Positions 16,126 to 24,182 of a stretch of 32,000 nt of DNA are shown one piece after another. How positions within the stretch are numbered: position 1 is the first letter of the stretch; every line of letters starts with the position of its first letter. The stretch is from assembly GCF_001584565.1 (NCBI RefSeq), contig NZ_LSFY01000001.1, positions 1,650,421 to 1,682,420 on the forward strand, given 5' to 3'. Below the pieces are notes generated by a model, which was not told where the DNA came from, did not search any database, and saw only the letters and a program-made list of their open reading frames with translations. A program made the translations under genes and the position numbers. This DNA is from Alkalithermobacter thermoalcaliphilus JW-YL-7 = DSM 7308 (GTDB lineage: Bacteria > Bacillota > Clostridia > Peptostreptococcales > Peptostreptococcaceae).

Positions 16126-16311
16126 ATGCAAATTAGAAGAGCGAAAGAAATAGTTGCTTCACCTGAAAATGTAGAAGTTATATACAAGGGTAAACCAGTT
16201 TGGATTGAAAGTATTAACAACCAAACAAATTCTGCTTATGTAAGATACCTAGATAATAGTGAAAGAATGGAAGTTCCAGTAATGGAGCTAGTTGAAAACG
16301 AAAAACACTAA
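16126..16311 (+). CDS. sspH: H-type small acid-soluble spore protein
   Basis: 61 aa. MQIRRAKEIVASPENVEVIYKGKPVWIE...EVPVMELVE follows the SspH family pattern (RAKEI..SP....V.Y.G.P..I). AGGAGGTG SD. Confidence 0.85.
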   Translation: MQIRRAKEIVASPENVEVIYKGKPVWIESINNQTNSAYVRYLDNSERMEVPVMELVENEKH

Positions 16312-16334
16312 AAGGATGGATTATCCATCCTTTT
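16310..16334. terminator. Bidirectional terminator shared by sspH and herA-like gene
   Basis: AAAAGGATGGA-TTA-TCCATCCTTTT, overlapping both stop codons. Confidence 0.8.
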
Positions 16335-18174
16335 AGTCTATTTTATTATAAGTTACGCCAAATATCCCTTCTTCTTTTGATATTTTCCCATCTTCAACTA
16401 ATCTTTCTAGCTCATCTATTAAATTTTTTGCACTGATTTTTATATCTTTTTTTTCAAGAAGCAATACTATATCAGGTATTTGCATTTCTCTTATAGGAAA
16501 ACTTTCTTTTATATTTTCATATATATAGTTTTTGCTCTTTTGTATGAACTGTTCAAATTCTTCAAATGGATTTTCAGTATGCGGGCTTGTAGTCTTTGCC
16601 ATTCTAATTCTAATCGGTATAGTTCTTCCCATTATTGCAGATGATACAAAGCTATCTCCTGATTTTAAATATGGAAGTCTTTTTGACTCTTCTGAAGTTA
16701 TATCTGTTTCTTCTTTTATTATACTTATATCTTGTCCTCTTACAGTTCTAAATACAAACTTTGTATTTAACTGTGCAGTTACTGTTTCATCGAGTAAATT
16801 TGGCCTTTGTGTTGCTAAAATTAGAAACACTCCATACTTTCTACCTTCTTGAGCTATTTCCTTTATTATTCCCTTTGAAGGCGCATCTTGTCCTTTCGGA
16901 GCAAAATTGTGAGCTTCATCAGTTACTATTATAAAAGGAGGGAAAAATTCACTTTCTATATGCTTTGATTTACAGTCTTTGTATTCTCTTCTTTTTAAGT
17001 ATAATTTGTTTAGTACATAAGTTGAGAATACTTTTATCAATCTCATATCCCCTTGTATTACAACAAGTTTTCCTTTTCTTAATCCGTCCTCTATAAAAGT
17101 TATGTCTTTTCCAAATATACCTTCGTGATAAAGTCTATTTAATCTCCATATAATACCATTTACTGATGCTGCTGGACAAGTCTTTTCGTATTTAGAATAA
17201 ATATTTCTAATTCTTTCATATGTCTGCCTTTGTATCTGATCTTGAGCTTCAATTATTTTTTTATCTATTTTGTCTAATGAACCAATAGCATGTCCTTCGC
17301 TTAAATCTTTAAGCCTTTGAATAAATGTATCATAAGTATCTTTATTTTGATGAAGAGTATCTACTACATTTATCATAGAATCTGTCAAAGACGAAGATAT
17401 AGCAAGAAGTTTTTTGAGCTGATTTTTATCTAATTCTTCAAAATTAATTCCAACATCTACTCCTACTCTATATACATTAAATTTTCCAGCAAAATCATCT
17501 CTATATTTTGCATCTAATTCTATACAAGGATTCGAAAAATCCATTTCAAAATGAGGATCAAACACAACAGTTGGAACATTAAGTTTCATAATTTCTTCTA
17601 ATATAACTCTAATACCAAAACTCTTACCAGATCCTGATCCCCCGAATATTCCTATATGTGGATATTGCTGCATTTTTCTTATATCAAATATAAAAGGAAT
17701 ACCTGTTTGTTTTCTTATATTTGCTTTATCATATATACAAAACAAATCTTTCAAATCATCATCAAGGCTATTTAATATATCCTCTGTTGATCTAATTTCT
17801 CCTAATACAAGTCCTTGTTCTTTTTTACACTTTACAAATATATCTTTCACTTCTTCAAACTTTGGTTTTCTTACTTTTGATCCTGTTTGTATAGGATAAT
17901 CAGCTTCTACTAACAACCTAGCTTTTGCTATATGTATAGTTTCCTCTCCTACTTTATATCCTATATTATTTAGTATTTCAGTCATATTAGAATCAATAAA
18001 TCCTTCATTTACACTTAAAGGAATATACTTATTGTATGATTTTGTATCATAAACTTCTACTAATTGATCCCCCTGATACTCATCTTGTACTATCAGTATT
18101 TCATTTATCTTAAAAGGCCTATCTTTTCCTGCTATATTAACTTCTTGTTGAGTTGTAAAACCTACTACTTGCAT
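16333..18174 (-). CDS. HerA/FtsK-like (DUF87-type) P-loop ATPase with C-terminal extension
   Basis: 613 aa. Walker A GIFGGSGSGKS (aa 175-185, nt ~17620-17650), Walker B FIIVTDEAHNF (aa 414-424, nt ~16903-16935) and LILATQRP (aa 451-458). It has an N-terminal barrel-like segment, and aa 530-613 form an extra helical module. GGAGGAG SD lies in the 10-nt gap after the NurA-like gene. Confidence 0.85.
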   Translation of the reverse strand: MQVVGFTTQQEVNIAGKDRPFKINEILIVQDEYQGDQLVEVYDTKSYNKYIPLSVNEGFIDSNMTEILNNIGYKVGEETIHIAKARLLVEADYPIQTGSKVRKPKFEEVKDIFVKCKKEQGLVLGEIRSTEDILNSLDDDLKDLFCIYDKANIRKQTGIPFIFDIRKMQQYPHIGIFGGSGSGKSFGIRVILEEIMKLNVPTVVFDPHFEMDFSNPCIELDAKYRDDFAGKFNVYRVGVDVGINFEELDKNQLKKLLAISSSLTDSMINVVDTLHQNKDTYDTFIQRLKDLSEGHAIGSLDKIDKKIIEAQDQIQRQTYERIRNIYSKYEKTCPAASVNGIIWRLNRLYHEGIFGKDITFIEDGLRKGKLVVIQGDMRLIKVFSTYVLNKLYLKRREYKDCKSKHIESEFFPPFIIVTDEAHNFAPKGQDAPSKGIIKEIAQEGRKYGVFLILATQRPNLLDETVTAQLNTKFVFRTVRGQDISIIKEETDITSEESKRLPYLKSGDSFVSSAIMGRTIPIRIRMAKTTSPHTENPFEEFEQFIQKSKNYIYENIKESFPIREMQIPDIVLLLEKKDIKISAKNLIDELERLVEDGKISKEEGIFGVTYNKID

Positions 18175-18184
18175 TTTTCTCCTC

Positions 18185-19123
18185 CTAACTTCTCTTTTCT
18201 CTCTTTGGATTTATAAATATTTCTAAAAGCTCTTTATCTATATAAGTTTGTGCTAATACATTTATCATTTCATTAGATATTTTCACTTCTTTATCAACTA
18301 TGTCTATCCATATAGGAATTCCTCTTCCCGATGGATTTGTAAGTGTATATATAATAGAGCATATAGTATCTATATAATCTATTTGACTTTTTAATATATC
18401 TATCCCTATAACACTTGGATCTTTCGATGTTCTGAAAAAACAAGATACTATTCCTTCTTTATTTTTCTTTGATTTATCTGGCTCTATAATTACATATTCC
18501 CCCTCATCTAATACTCCAAATAATAAATCTTTATCATATATTTGATCATCTATATCTATGTGTTTAGATAAATGAAAAGAAATTTCCTTTGTTTTAATTT
18601 CTTCTATTACACCTACTAACAAGCAATTATTTTCAACTGCTAACTGTCTAAGTTCATCCCACTCCTTACCACACCTTATCCTATAAGTCATTAAAGATCC
18701 ATCTACCATTACTAAGTAAGGGGTATATTTTTTTATAGCCTCTATACTAACCTGAGCTTCTAGTTTTGCCATCATACTTTTTTCCTTATTTTCATCATCT
18801 TCATCTCCTTCTATCAAAGGACAATAAATCTGATTTAAGTAAATAGGTTCTTTAGTAGAGTCTACAGGCTTTGCAAGAGCCTGTATAGCTATTATGTAAT
18901 GAGGATATAAATTTCCTATTTTATTTTTACTTCCATCTACACCTACTATATCTTTATTGTTCAATATATTTTTCATTTCGTCTTTATTTAGCTTTCTAGC
19001 TTTTTTTATATCTAAAAGATCTCTTAATTTTTGCTTTTCTACTTTTTTTATTGATCTTAATTTTTGTTTTAGATTTTCATTAGTTTTTTTAAACTCTTGT
19101 ATCAATAATTCATTTATTTCCAT
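18185..19123 (-). CDS. NurA-like 5'-3' nuclease
   Basis: 312 aa. GVDGS (aa 61-65), KLEAQ (E122), VMVDGSL (aa 138-144) and GIPIWIDIVDKE (aa 268-279) occur in the order of the NurA catalytic motifs. The first ~55 aa form a charged helical extension. Confidence 0.75.
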   Translation of the reverse strand: MEINELLIQEFKKTNENLKQKLRSIKKVEKQKLRDLLDIKKARKLNKDEMKNILNNKDIVGVDGSKNKIGNLYPHYIIAIQALAKPVDSTKEPIYLNQIYCPLIEGDEDDENKEKSMMAKLEAQVSIEAIKKYTPYLVMVDGSLMTYRIRCGKEWDELRQLAVENNCLLVGVIEEIKTKEISFHLSKHIDIDDQIYDKDLLFGVLDEGEYVIIEPDKSKKNKEGIVSCFFRTSKDPSVIGIDILKSQIDYIDTICSIIYTLTNPSGRGIPIWIDIVDKEVKISNEMINVLAQTYIDKELLEIFINPKREKRS

Positions 19124-19165
19124 ATATACTCACCCTATCTATTTTTGTTAAATTTAACACTTTTA

Positions 19166-19194
19166 TTGACTTTTTTTTACAACTTTGCTATTAT
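19166..19194 (+). promoter_or_regulatory. Sigma-A promoter of abrB
   Basis: TTGACT (19166-19171), a 17-nt spacer, then TATTAT (19189-19194). Confidence 0.55.
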
Positions 19195-19208
19195 ATAAAT
19201 AAAGATGT

Positions 19209-19215
19209 TGTCGAA
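19209..19215 (+). promoter_or_regulatory. Spo0A box (TGTCGAA) just downstream of the abrB promoter
   Basis: Perfect match to the 0A-box consensus TGNCGAA, in the position where Spo0A~P represses abrB in Bacillus. Confidence 0.45.
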
Positions 19216-19241
19216 AAATGTATAAAAAAGGAGGGTGTCCC

Positions 19242-19484
19242 TTGAAATCTACTGGAATAGTAAGAAGAGTTGACGAACTTGGAAGAATTGTTATACCTAT
19301 AGAACTTAGACGTACTTTAAATATATCAGAAAAAGATGCACTAGAAATATATGTAGATGGCGAAACTATAATATTAAAAAAATATGAACCTGCTTGTGTA
19401 TTTTGTTCAAGCGCAAAAGAAGTTAAATCTTTTGAAGGAAAAAATATCTGCTCAGAGTGTATATCTAAAATAAGTTCTCTTTAA
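19242..19484 (+). CDS. abrB: Transition-state regulator AbrB (SpoVT/AbrB swapped-hairpin DNA-binding domain)
   Basis: KSTGIVRRVDELGRIVIPIELRRTLNI...LEIYVDGETIILKKY is the canonical AbrB N-domain. The TTG start at 19242 lies 6 nt after AGGAGGG. The track's ATG at 19218 adds 8 unsupported residues. Confidence 0.9.
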   Translation: MKSTGIVRRVDELGRIVIPIELRRTLNISEKDALEIYVDGETIILKKYEPACVFCSSAKEVKSFEGKNICSECISKISSL

Positions 19485-19495
19485 TATTTAATTTA

Positions 19496-19529
19496 AGGCC
19501 AATTATGTTACAATAATTGGCCTATTTTT
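19496..19529. terminator. Bidirectional terminator between abrB and rsmI
   Basis: AGGCCAATTAT / ATAATTGGCCT 11-bp stem with a 6-nt loop and a T-run after it on the plus strand. Confidence 0.8.
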
Positions 19530-20364
19530 CTATATCTAAAACTTCTTTATATACTTCATTTTTAGGAAGATTTCTTTCTTTTGCTACTTGTTTTATTGCA
19601 TCTTTTTTCCTTATTCCATCATTCATCAACTTAACTACGTATTCTTTTATACTTAAATTTTCATAAATATTTATTTCTTCTTTTTCTCCTTTAAATCCTT
19701 CTAATACTAAAACAAATTCTCCTTTTACTTGTCTATCACTAAATATTTCTAGTGCAGTTTTTAAATCACTTCTTATATATTCTTCATATTTTTTTGTAAG
19801 TTCTCTGCATATAGCTATATTTCTATCTTCTCCAAATGTTTTAGCAATATCTTCTAGTGTGCTTTTTAGTCTATGAGGAGACTCATAAAATATTATTGTT
19901 CTTTGTTCATATTTTAATTTTTCAAGCTGCTTTTTCCTTGAAGATTTATCTCTTTCTAAAAAGCCTTCAAATACAAATTTTGATGTTGAAATGCCTGATC
20001 CAACAAGCGCATTTACAAATGCACTTGGCCCAGGTAAAACTATAACATTTATATCGTTTTGTATACTAAGCTTTATTAAATCTTCACCAGGATCTGATAT
20101 TCCAGGCATACCTGCATCTGATACTAAAGCTACATTTTCTCCATTTAGTAGTTTATTTATTATATTTTCTCCTTGAGTATATTTATTGTGCTCATGATAA
20201 CTTATAAGAGGTTTTGATATTCCTAGGTGGTTTAAAAGTTTTATTGTATGTCTAGTATCTTCTGCTGCTATTAAATCTACACTTTTTAGTGTATTTATTG
20301 TTCTAATAGTTATATCTTCTAAATTTCCTATTGGAGTTGGACATATATAAAGCGTTCCCTTCAT
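19522..20364 (-). CDS. rsmI: 16S rRNA (cytidine1402-2'-O)-methyltransferase RsmI (YabC)
   Basis: 280 aa. GTLYICPTPIGNLEDIT...AAEDTR...SDAGMPGISDPG is the RsmI tetrapyrrole-methylase-fold signature. Confidence 0.93.
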   Translation of the reverse strand: MKGTLYICPTPIGNLEDITIRTINTLKSVDLIAAEDTRHTIKLLNHLGISKPLISYHEHNKYTQGENIINKLLNGENVALVSDAGMPGISDPGEDLIKLSIQNDINVIVLPGPSAFVNALVGSGISTSKFVFEGFLERDKSSRKKQLEKLKYEQRTIIFYESPHRLKSTLEDIAKTFGEDRNIAICRELTKKYEEYIRSDLKTALEIFSDRQVKGEFVLVLEGFKGEKEEINIYENLSIKEYVVKLMNDGIRKKDAIKQVAKERNLPKNEVYKEVLDIEK

Positions 20365-21120
20365 TTAATTCTCTCCTATATCTTCTTTTGAGTATATTTC
20401 TTTTATTTGATCTGTATAATTTCCTTCTTCATCGTAAACATAAATAGGGTCTAATATTTTCAGCTCTGGTTTTGAGTCTTTTGCAAAATGAACTAGCATA
20501 ATATTTGGAGCTTTGTTTGCCTTTGGATGTATAAATCTTATCTCCTTAGGCTCTAATCTATACTTTCTTGAAAGTACAATTATATCTGCAAGGCGAGTTG
20601 GTCTGTGTATCATAAAAAATTTTCCATGAGGCATTAAAAGTCTTGAGGCAGCTTTAATAACATCTTCTAAATTACACATTATTTCGTGTCTTGATATAGC
20701 CTTTTTATCATTAGGATTTTTAAGTCCGTCTGGATGCATATATGGAGGATTAGACAATACTACATGAAATCCATGTGTTTGTAGTTTTCCTTCTAGGTTT
20801 TTTAAGTCTTCATTTATTATTTTTATTTTATCTTCTAAGTTGTTTAGTTTAACAGATCTTTGTGCCATATCTGCTACTTGTTTTTGTATTTCTACTCCTA
20901 TTATTTCCTTTGCCTTGCTTTTTCCTGCTAAAAGTATAGGAATTATTCCTGTTCCAGTACCAAGGTCTACAACCTTTGCGTCTTTTTTTATTTTTGCAAA
21001 GTTTGCTAAAAGTACTGCATCTATTCCAAAACAAAATCCACTTTTATCTTGAATTATTTTTAAATTTTTTATTTGAAGATCATCTATTCTTTCATTTTCT
21101 TTCAAAAGTACATCAGCCAT
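20365..21120 (-). CDS. tRNA1(Val) (adenine37-N6)-methyltransferase-like SAM methyltransferase (YabB/TrmN6)
   Basis: 251 aa. SAM motif VVDLGTGTGIIP and catalytic NPPY (LSNPPYM). The stop abuts the rsmI start, as in the Bacillus yabB-yabC arrangement. Confidence 0.85.
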   Translation of the reverse strand: MADVLLKENERIDDLQIKNLKIIQDKSGFCFGIDAVLLANFAKIKKDAKVVDLGTGTGIIPILLAGKSKAKEIIGVEIQKQVADMAQRSVKLNNLEDKIKIINEDLKNLEGKLQTHGFHVVLSNPPYMHPDGLKNPNDKKAISRHEIMCNLEDVIKAASRLLMPHGKFFMIHRPTRLADIIVLSRKYRLEPKEIRFIHPKANKAPNIMLVHFAKDSKPELKILDPIYVYDEEGNYTDQIKEIYSKEDIGEN

Positions 21121-21132
21121 ACCATTTCTCCT

Positions 21133-21669
21133 TTAGTTATCTAATAATTGTCTTATTTCTTCTTCAAGTCTATTAGTTATCGGACCTACTATCATTTTTC
21201 TTATTATTCCTTCTTCATCTATTATATATGATGTTGGAATTGCAGCTACACTATAAATAGATGCAGCATAAGACTCATCATCATATAAAAGAACAAAATC
21301 TTTTGAATATCTAAAAAGATAATCTCTTATTTGATCTTTATTTATTTTTTCAAGTTCAGTTAAATTTACCATTAAAAATTTTATATTTTTGTATTCATCT
21401 TGTAAAGAAGCTATTTTTTGTTTATCTATTTCGCAATATTTACACCAGCTAGCCCAAAAGTTTAAGAATACTTTTTCTCCTTTAAAATCTGATAAGGCTA
21501 CCTTTTTTCCATCTGAATCTGTCAAAATAAAATCATAGGCTTTATTTCCTTCATGTATTCCATATTGTATATTTTTATCTTCTGTTATAGTCTGCTTTTC
21601 TTTTTTTTCACAGCCTACTGATGATATCATAAAAATAATTAAAAATAAAAATAATATAAACCTTTTCAT
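21133..21669 (-). CDS. TlpA/ResA-like thioredoxin-fold thiol-disulfide oxidoreductase lipoprotein
   Basis: 178 aa with a signal peptide and lipobox (ISSVGC). FWASWCKYCE carries the CxxC active site. Confidence 0.8.
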   Translation of the reverse strand: MKRFILFLFLIIFMISSVGCEKKEKQTITEDKNIQYGIHEGNKAYDFILTDSDGKKVALSDFKGEKVFLNFWASWCKYCEIDKQKIASLQDEYKNIKFLMVNLTELEKINKDQIRDYLFRYSKDFVLLYDDESYAASIYSVAAIPTSYIIDEEGIIRKMIVGPITNRLEEEIRQLLDN

Positions 21670-21694
21670 TTTTACTCTCCTTCCTATGTATTAG

Positions 21695-21724
21695 AAAAAA
21701 TTAAGGTAGGAGTTCCTACCTTAA
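21695..21724 (-). terminator. Rho-independent terminator after yaaT
   Basis: TTAAGGTAGG / CCTACCTTAA stem with a 4-nt loop and a U-run (21695-21700) on the minus strand. It overlaps the yaaT stop codon. Confidence 0.75.
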
Positions 21725-22614
21725 TCTTCAAGCTTTTTGAGTTCTTCTTCTAACTCTTTATCTAAATTATCTTTGCAACATCCACCACATTCATTAGATT
21801 TTTTTATTATTTTTATATCTTCTAACTTATAATCTTTTATATCTCCTTCTTTTTTTTCAGTTCCTTCAAACTGAACTTTTACTTTTTCCTCAAGTGTATA
21901 AATATCTATAACTTTTCCTTGACCATCTGGAGTTTGTACTATTGAATTTACAGGTGGCATATTTTCTAGTATATCGCTATAAGTTTGATGTTCATATTTA
22001 AGACAGCAAAATAATCTTCCACATATTCCAGATATTTTTGTAGGATTTAGTGATAACTCTTGATCTTTTGCCATTTTTATAGATACAGGCTGAAAATCCC
22101 CAAGCCAAGTAGAACAGCAAAGTGATACTCCACAAGGGCCAAGGCCTCCTATTGATTTTGCTTCATCTCTTACTCCTATTTGCCTTAATTCTATTCTTGT
22201 TTTAAATATCGAAGCTAAATCTTTTACTAATTCTCTAAAGTCTATTCTTCCTTCTGCTGTAAAATAAAATATTAGTTTGTTTCTATCAAAAGTGTACTCA
22301 CAATCTATTAAGTTCATATCTAAATTGTGTTTTTTTATTTTTTCGATACATATATCGAAAGCTTCTTTTGATTTTTCTTTGTTTTCTTTATTTATAGCTT
22401 TATCTTCATCTGTTGCAATTCTAACTATAGGTTTTAGAGGATGAACTATTTGACTTTCTTCTACTTCTTTAATACCAACAACTACATTTCCGTATTCAAA
22501 TCCTCTAGCTGTTTCTACTATAACCTTATCGTTTACTTTTAAATCAAAGTCTAACGGGTCAAAATAGTATATCTTACCAGCTTTTTTAAATCTAATTCCA
22601 ACAACTTTTGTCAT
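21721..22614 (-). CDS. yaaT: PSP1-domain stage 0 sporulation / RNase Y-regulating protein YaaT (RicT)
   Basis: 297 aa. VVGIRFKKAGKIYYFDP..., the cysteine-rich core GPCGVSLCC...CGRLFCCLKYE, and a 4-nt ATGA overlap with holB. Confidence 0.9.
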   Translation of the reverse strand: MTKVVGIRFKKAGKIYYFDPLDFDLKVNDKVIVETARGFEYGNVVVGIKEVEESQIVHPLKPIVRIATDEDKAINKENKEKSKEAFDICIEKIKKHNLDMNLIDCEYTFDRNKLIFYFTAEGRIDFRELVKDLASIFKTRIELRQIGVRDEAKSIGGLGPCGVSLCCSTWLGDFQPVSIKMAKDQELSLNPTKISGICGRLFCCLKYEHQTYSDILENMPPVNSIVQTPDGQGKVIDIYTLEEKVKVQFEGTEKKEGDIKDYKLEDIKIIKKSNECGGCCKDNLDKELEEELKKLED

Positions 22615-23546
22615 TTGATCACCTCTTGTATATTCAAAGCCATAACCTCTAATGAAAGATTAAAGTTACAGTTACTTTTTATATATTTACTAGTTTTATC
22701 TATTATATCAATAACTTTACATATTTGAAAATAGGTAAGTTTTCTGCTTAAATCCTTTACAAAATCTATTTGATCTAAATTAATAATAATCTGTTCGTCT
22801 CCTTCTTCTTTTACTATTAGACTATCTCTAAAGTATGCCATCATAATATCTAAAATATTATATATATTTTCTTTATAACTTTCCATATCTTTTACTTTAT
22901 CTAAAACAGGTATTTTTTCTTGTTTAAATAAAGTATTTATAAATTCAACTATAAAGTTTCTATATTCGTCTATATTTTCTTTATATATAAAATCTAAAGC
23001 TCTTGATAATATACCTGAAGAAAAACAAGATATAAATCTTGCTCTATCTTTTGGTATATTTTCTTTTTGTATCAAGTAATTTTCTATTTCTTGCTGAGGA
23101 AGTAATGTAAATCTTACTATTTCGCATCTTGACTTTATAGTATCTAAAAGAGAGTAAATATTATCTGTAATAAGAATTATAACTGCATAGCTAGGTGGCT
23201 CTTCAAGAGTTTTTAAAAGTGCATTTTGGGCTTGTATTGTCATTTTATCAGCTTGATTTAATATATATATCTTTTTGTTTGAGTAAGGTCTTACAGATAT
23301 ATCAACAGTAATTTGCCTTATTTGACTTACTTTAAAATATGCTCCTTCTGGATTTAATATTTTTATATCTGGTGAATTTTCTATTTTTTGAGTGTTTAGC
23401 ATAAGTTTTGCAAACTCAATAGCAAATTCTTTCTTTCCTACTCCACTTGGGCCATGAAATATATATCCATGACTTATTCTGTTTTGATTTAAAGAATTTA
23501 TTATAAATTTTTTTGCTCTTTCCTGTCCTAAGATATTATCAAACAT
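22611..23546 (-). CDS. holB: DNA polymerase III subunit delta'
   Basis: 311 aa. HGYIFHGPSGVGK P-loop-like motif, LLKTLEEPP, and SRC motif (IKSRCEIVRF). Confidence 0.9.
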   Translation of the reverse strand: MFDNILGQERAKKFIINSLNQNRISHGYIFHGPSGVGKKEFAIEFAKLMLNTQKIENSPDIKILNPEGAYFKVSQIRQITVDISVRPYSNKKIYILNQADKMTIQAQNALLKTLEEPPSYAVIILITDNIYSLLDTIKSRCEIVRFTLLPQQEIENYLIQKENIPKDRARFISCFSSGILSRALDFIYKENIDEYRNFIVEFINTLFKQEKIPVLDKVKDMESYKENIYNILDIMMAYFRDSLIVKEEGDEQIIINLDQIDFVKDLSRKLTYFQICKVIDIIDKTSKYIKSNCNFNLSLEVMALNIQEVIK

Positions 23547-23548
23547 AT

Positions 23549-24172
23549 CTACTTCTCCATTGCATTTTGTATAAGTTTTATTATTCTTTCATGAACTTGC
23601 TTTACTGTCCCATTTGCATCAACATTTTTTATTCTTTCAGGATATATATCTTTTAATATTTTATATCCTTCATAAACTTTTTTATGAAACTCGTCTTTTT
23701 CACATTCTAATCTATCTAAATTTTTTCGTCTGTTTTTTCTTCTTTGTATTTCTTCTTCCTCTATTTGGAATATAATTGTAATATCTGGCAATGTATCTTC
23801 TATTGCAAATAAATTAAGATTATATATTTTATCTATACCTAAATTTCTACCTATTCCTTGATAGATTAAACTAGAATCTATAAACCTATCACATATTACT
23901 ATTTTTCCCTGTAATAAAGATGGCTTTATAAGTTCATCTATATGTTGTGCTCTAGATGCTGCATATAAAAGTGCTTCTGTTTTGTATGACATATTCTTGT
24001 TTTCTTTATCTAATATTAAAGCTCTTATTTTTTCACTTATTAGTGTTCCTCCTGGTTCTCTTGTTACTACTACATCGTATCCTTTATCTTGAAAATAGTT
24101 TTTCAAAAGATTTATTTGAGTAGATTTTCCGCAGGCGTCAGGCCCTTCAAAAGTTATAAAAAATCCGTTCAA
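23549..24172 (-). CDS. tmk: Thymidylate kinase
   Basis: FITFEGPDACGKST P-loop, TREPGGT, and the DRF motif (CDRFIDSS). The probable start is TTG at 24170-24172, after AGAGGTGA. The track's TTG at 24190 would overlap the decarboxylase gene by 8 nt. Confidence 0.92.
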   Translation of the reverse strand: MNGFFITFEGPDACGKSTQINLLKNYFQDKGYDVVVTREPGGTLISEKIRALILDKENKNMSYKTEALLYAASRAQHIDELIKPSLLQGKIVICDRFIDSSLIYQGIGRNLGIDKIYNLNLFAIEDTLPDITIIFQIEEEEIQRRKNRRKNLDRLECEKDEFHKKVYEGYKILKDIYPERIKNVDANGTVKQVHERIIKLIQNAMEK

Positions 24173-24182
24173 AATATCACCT

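Noticed and set aside
19218-19241. The upstream ATG start for abrB, which adds MYKKGGCP.
   Set aside because: The strong AGGAGGG SD lies inside this extension and is correctly spaced for the TTG at 19242. AbrB proteins begin with MKSTGIVRKVD-type sequences.
20849-21034. 61-aa same-strand, out-of-frame ORF inside the yabB-like methyltransferase gene (Arg/Lys/Asn-rich).
   Set aside because: It is fully nested in a gene with clear SAM and NPPY motifs. It has no SD and an implausible composition.
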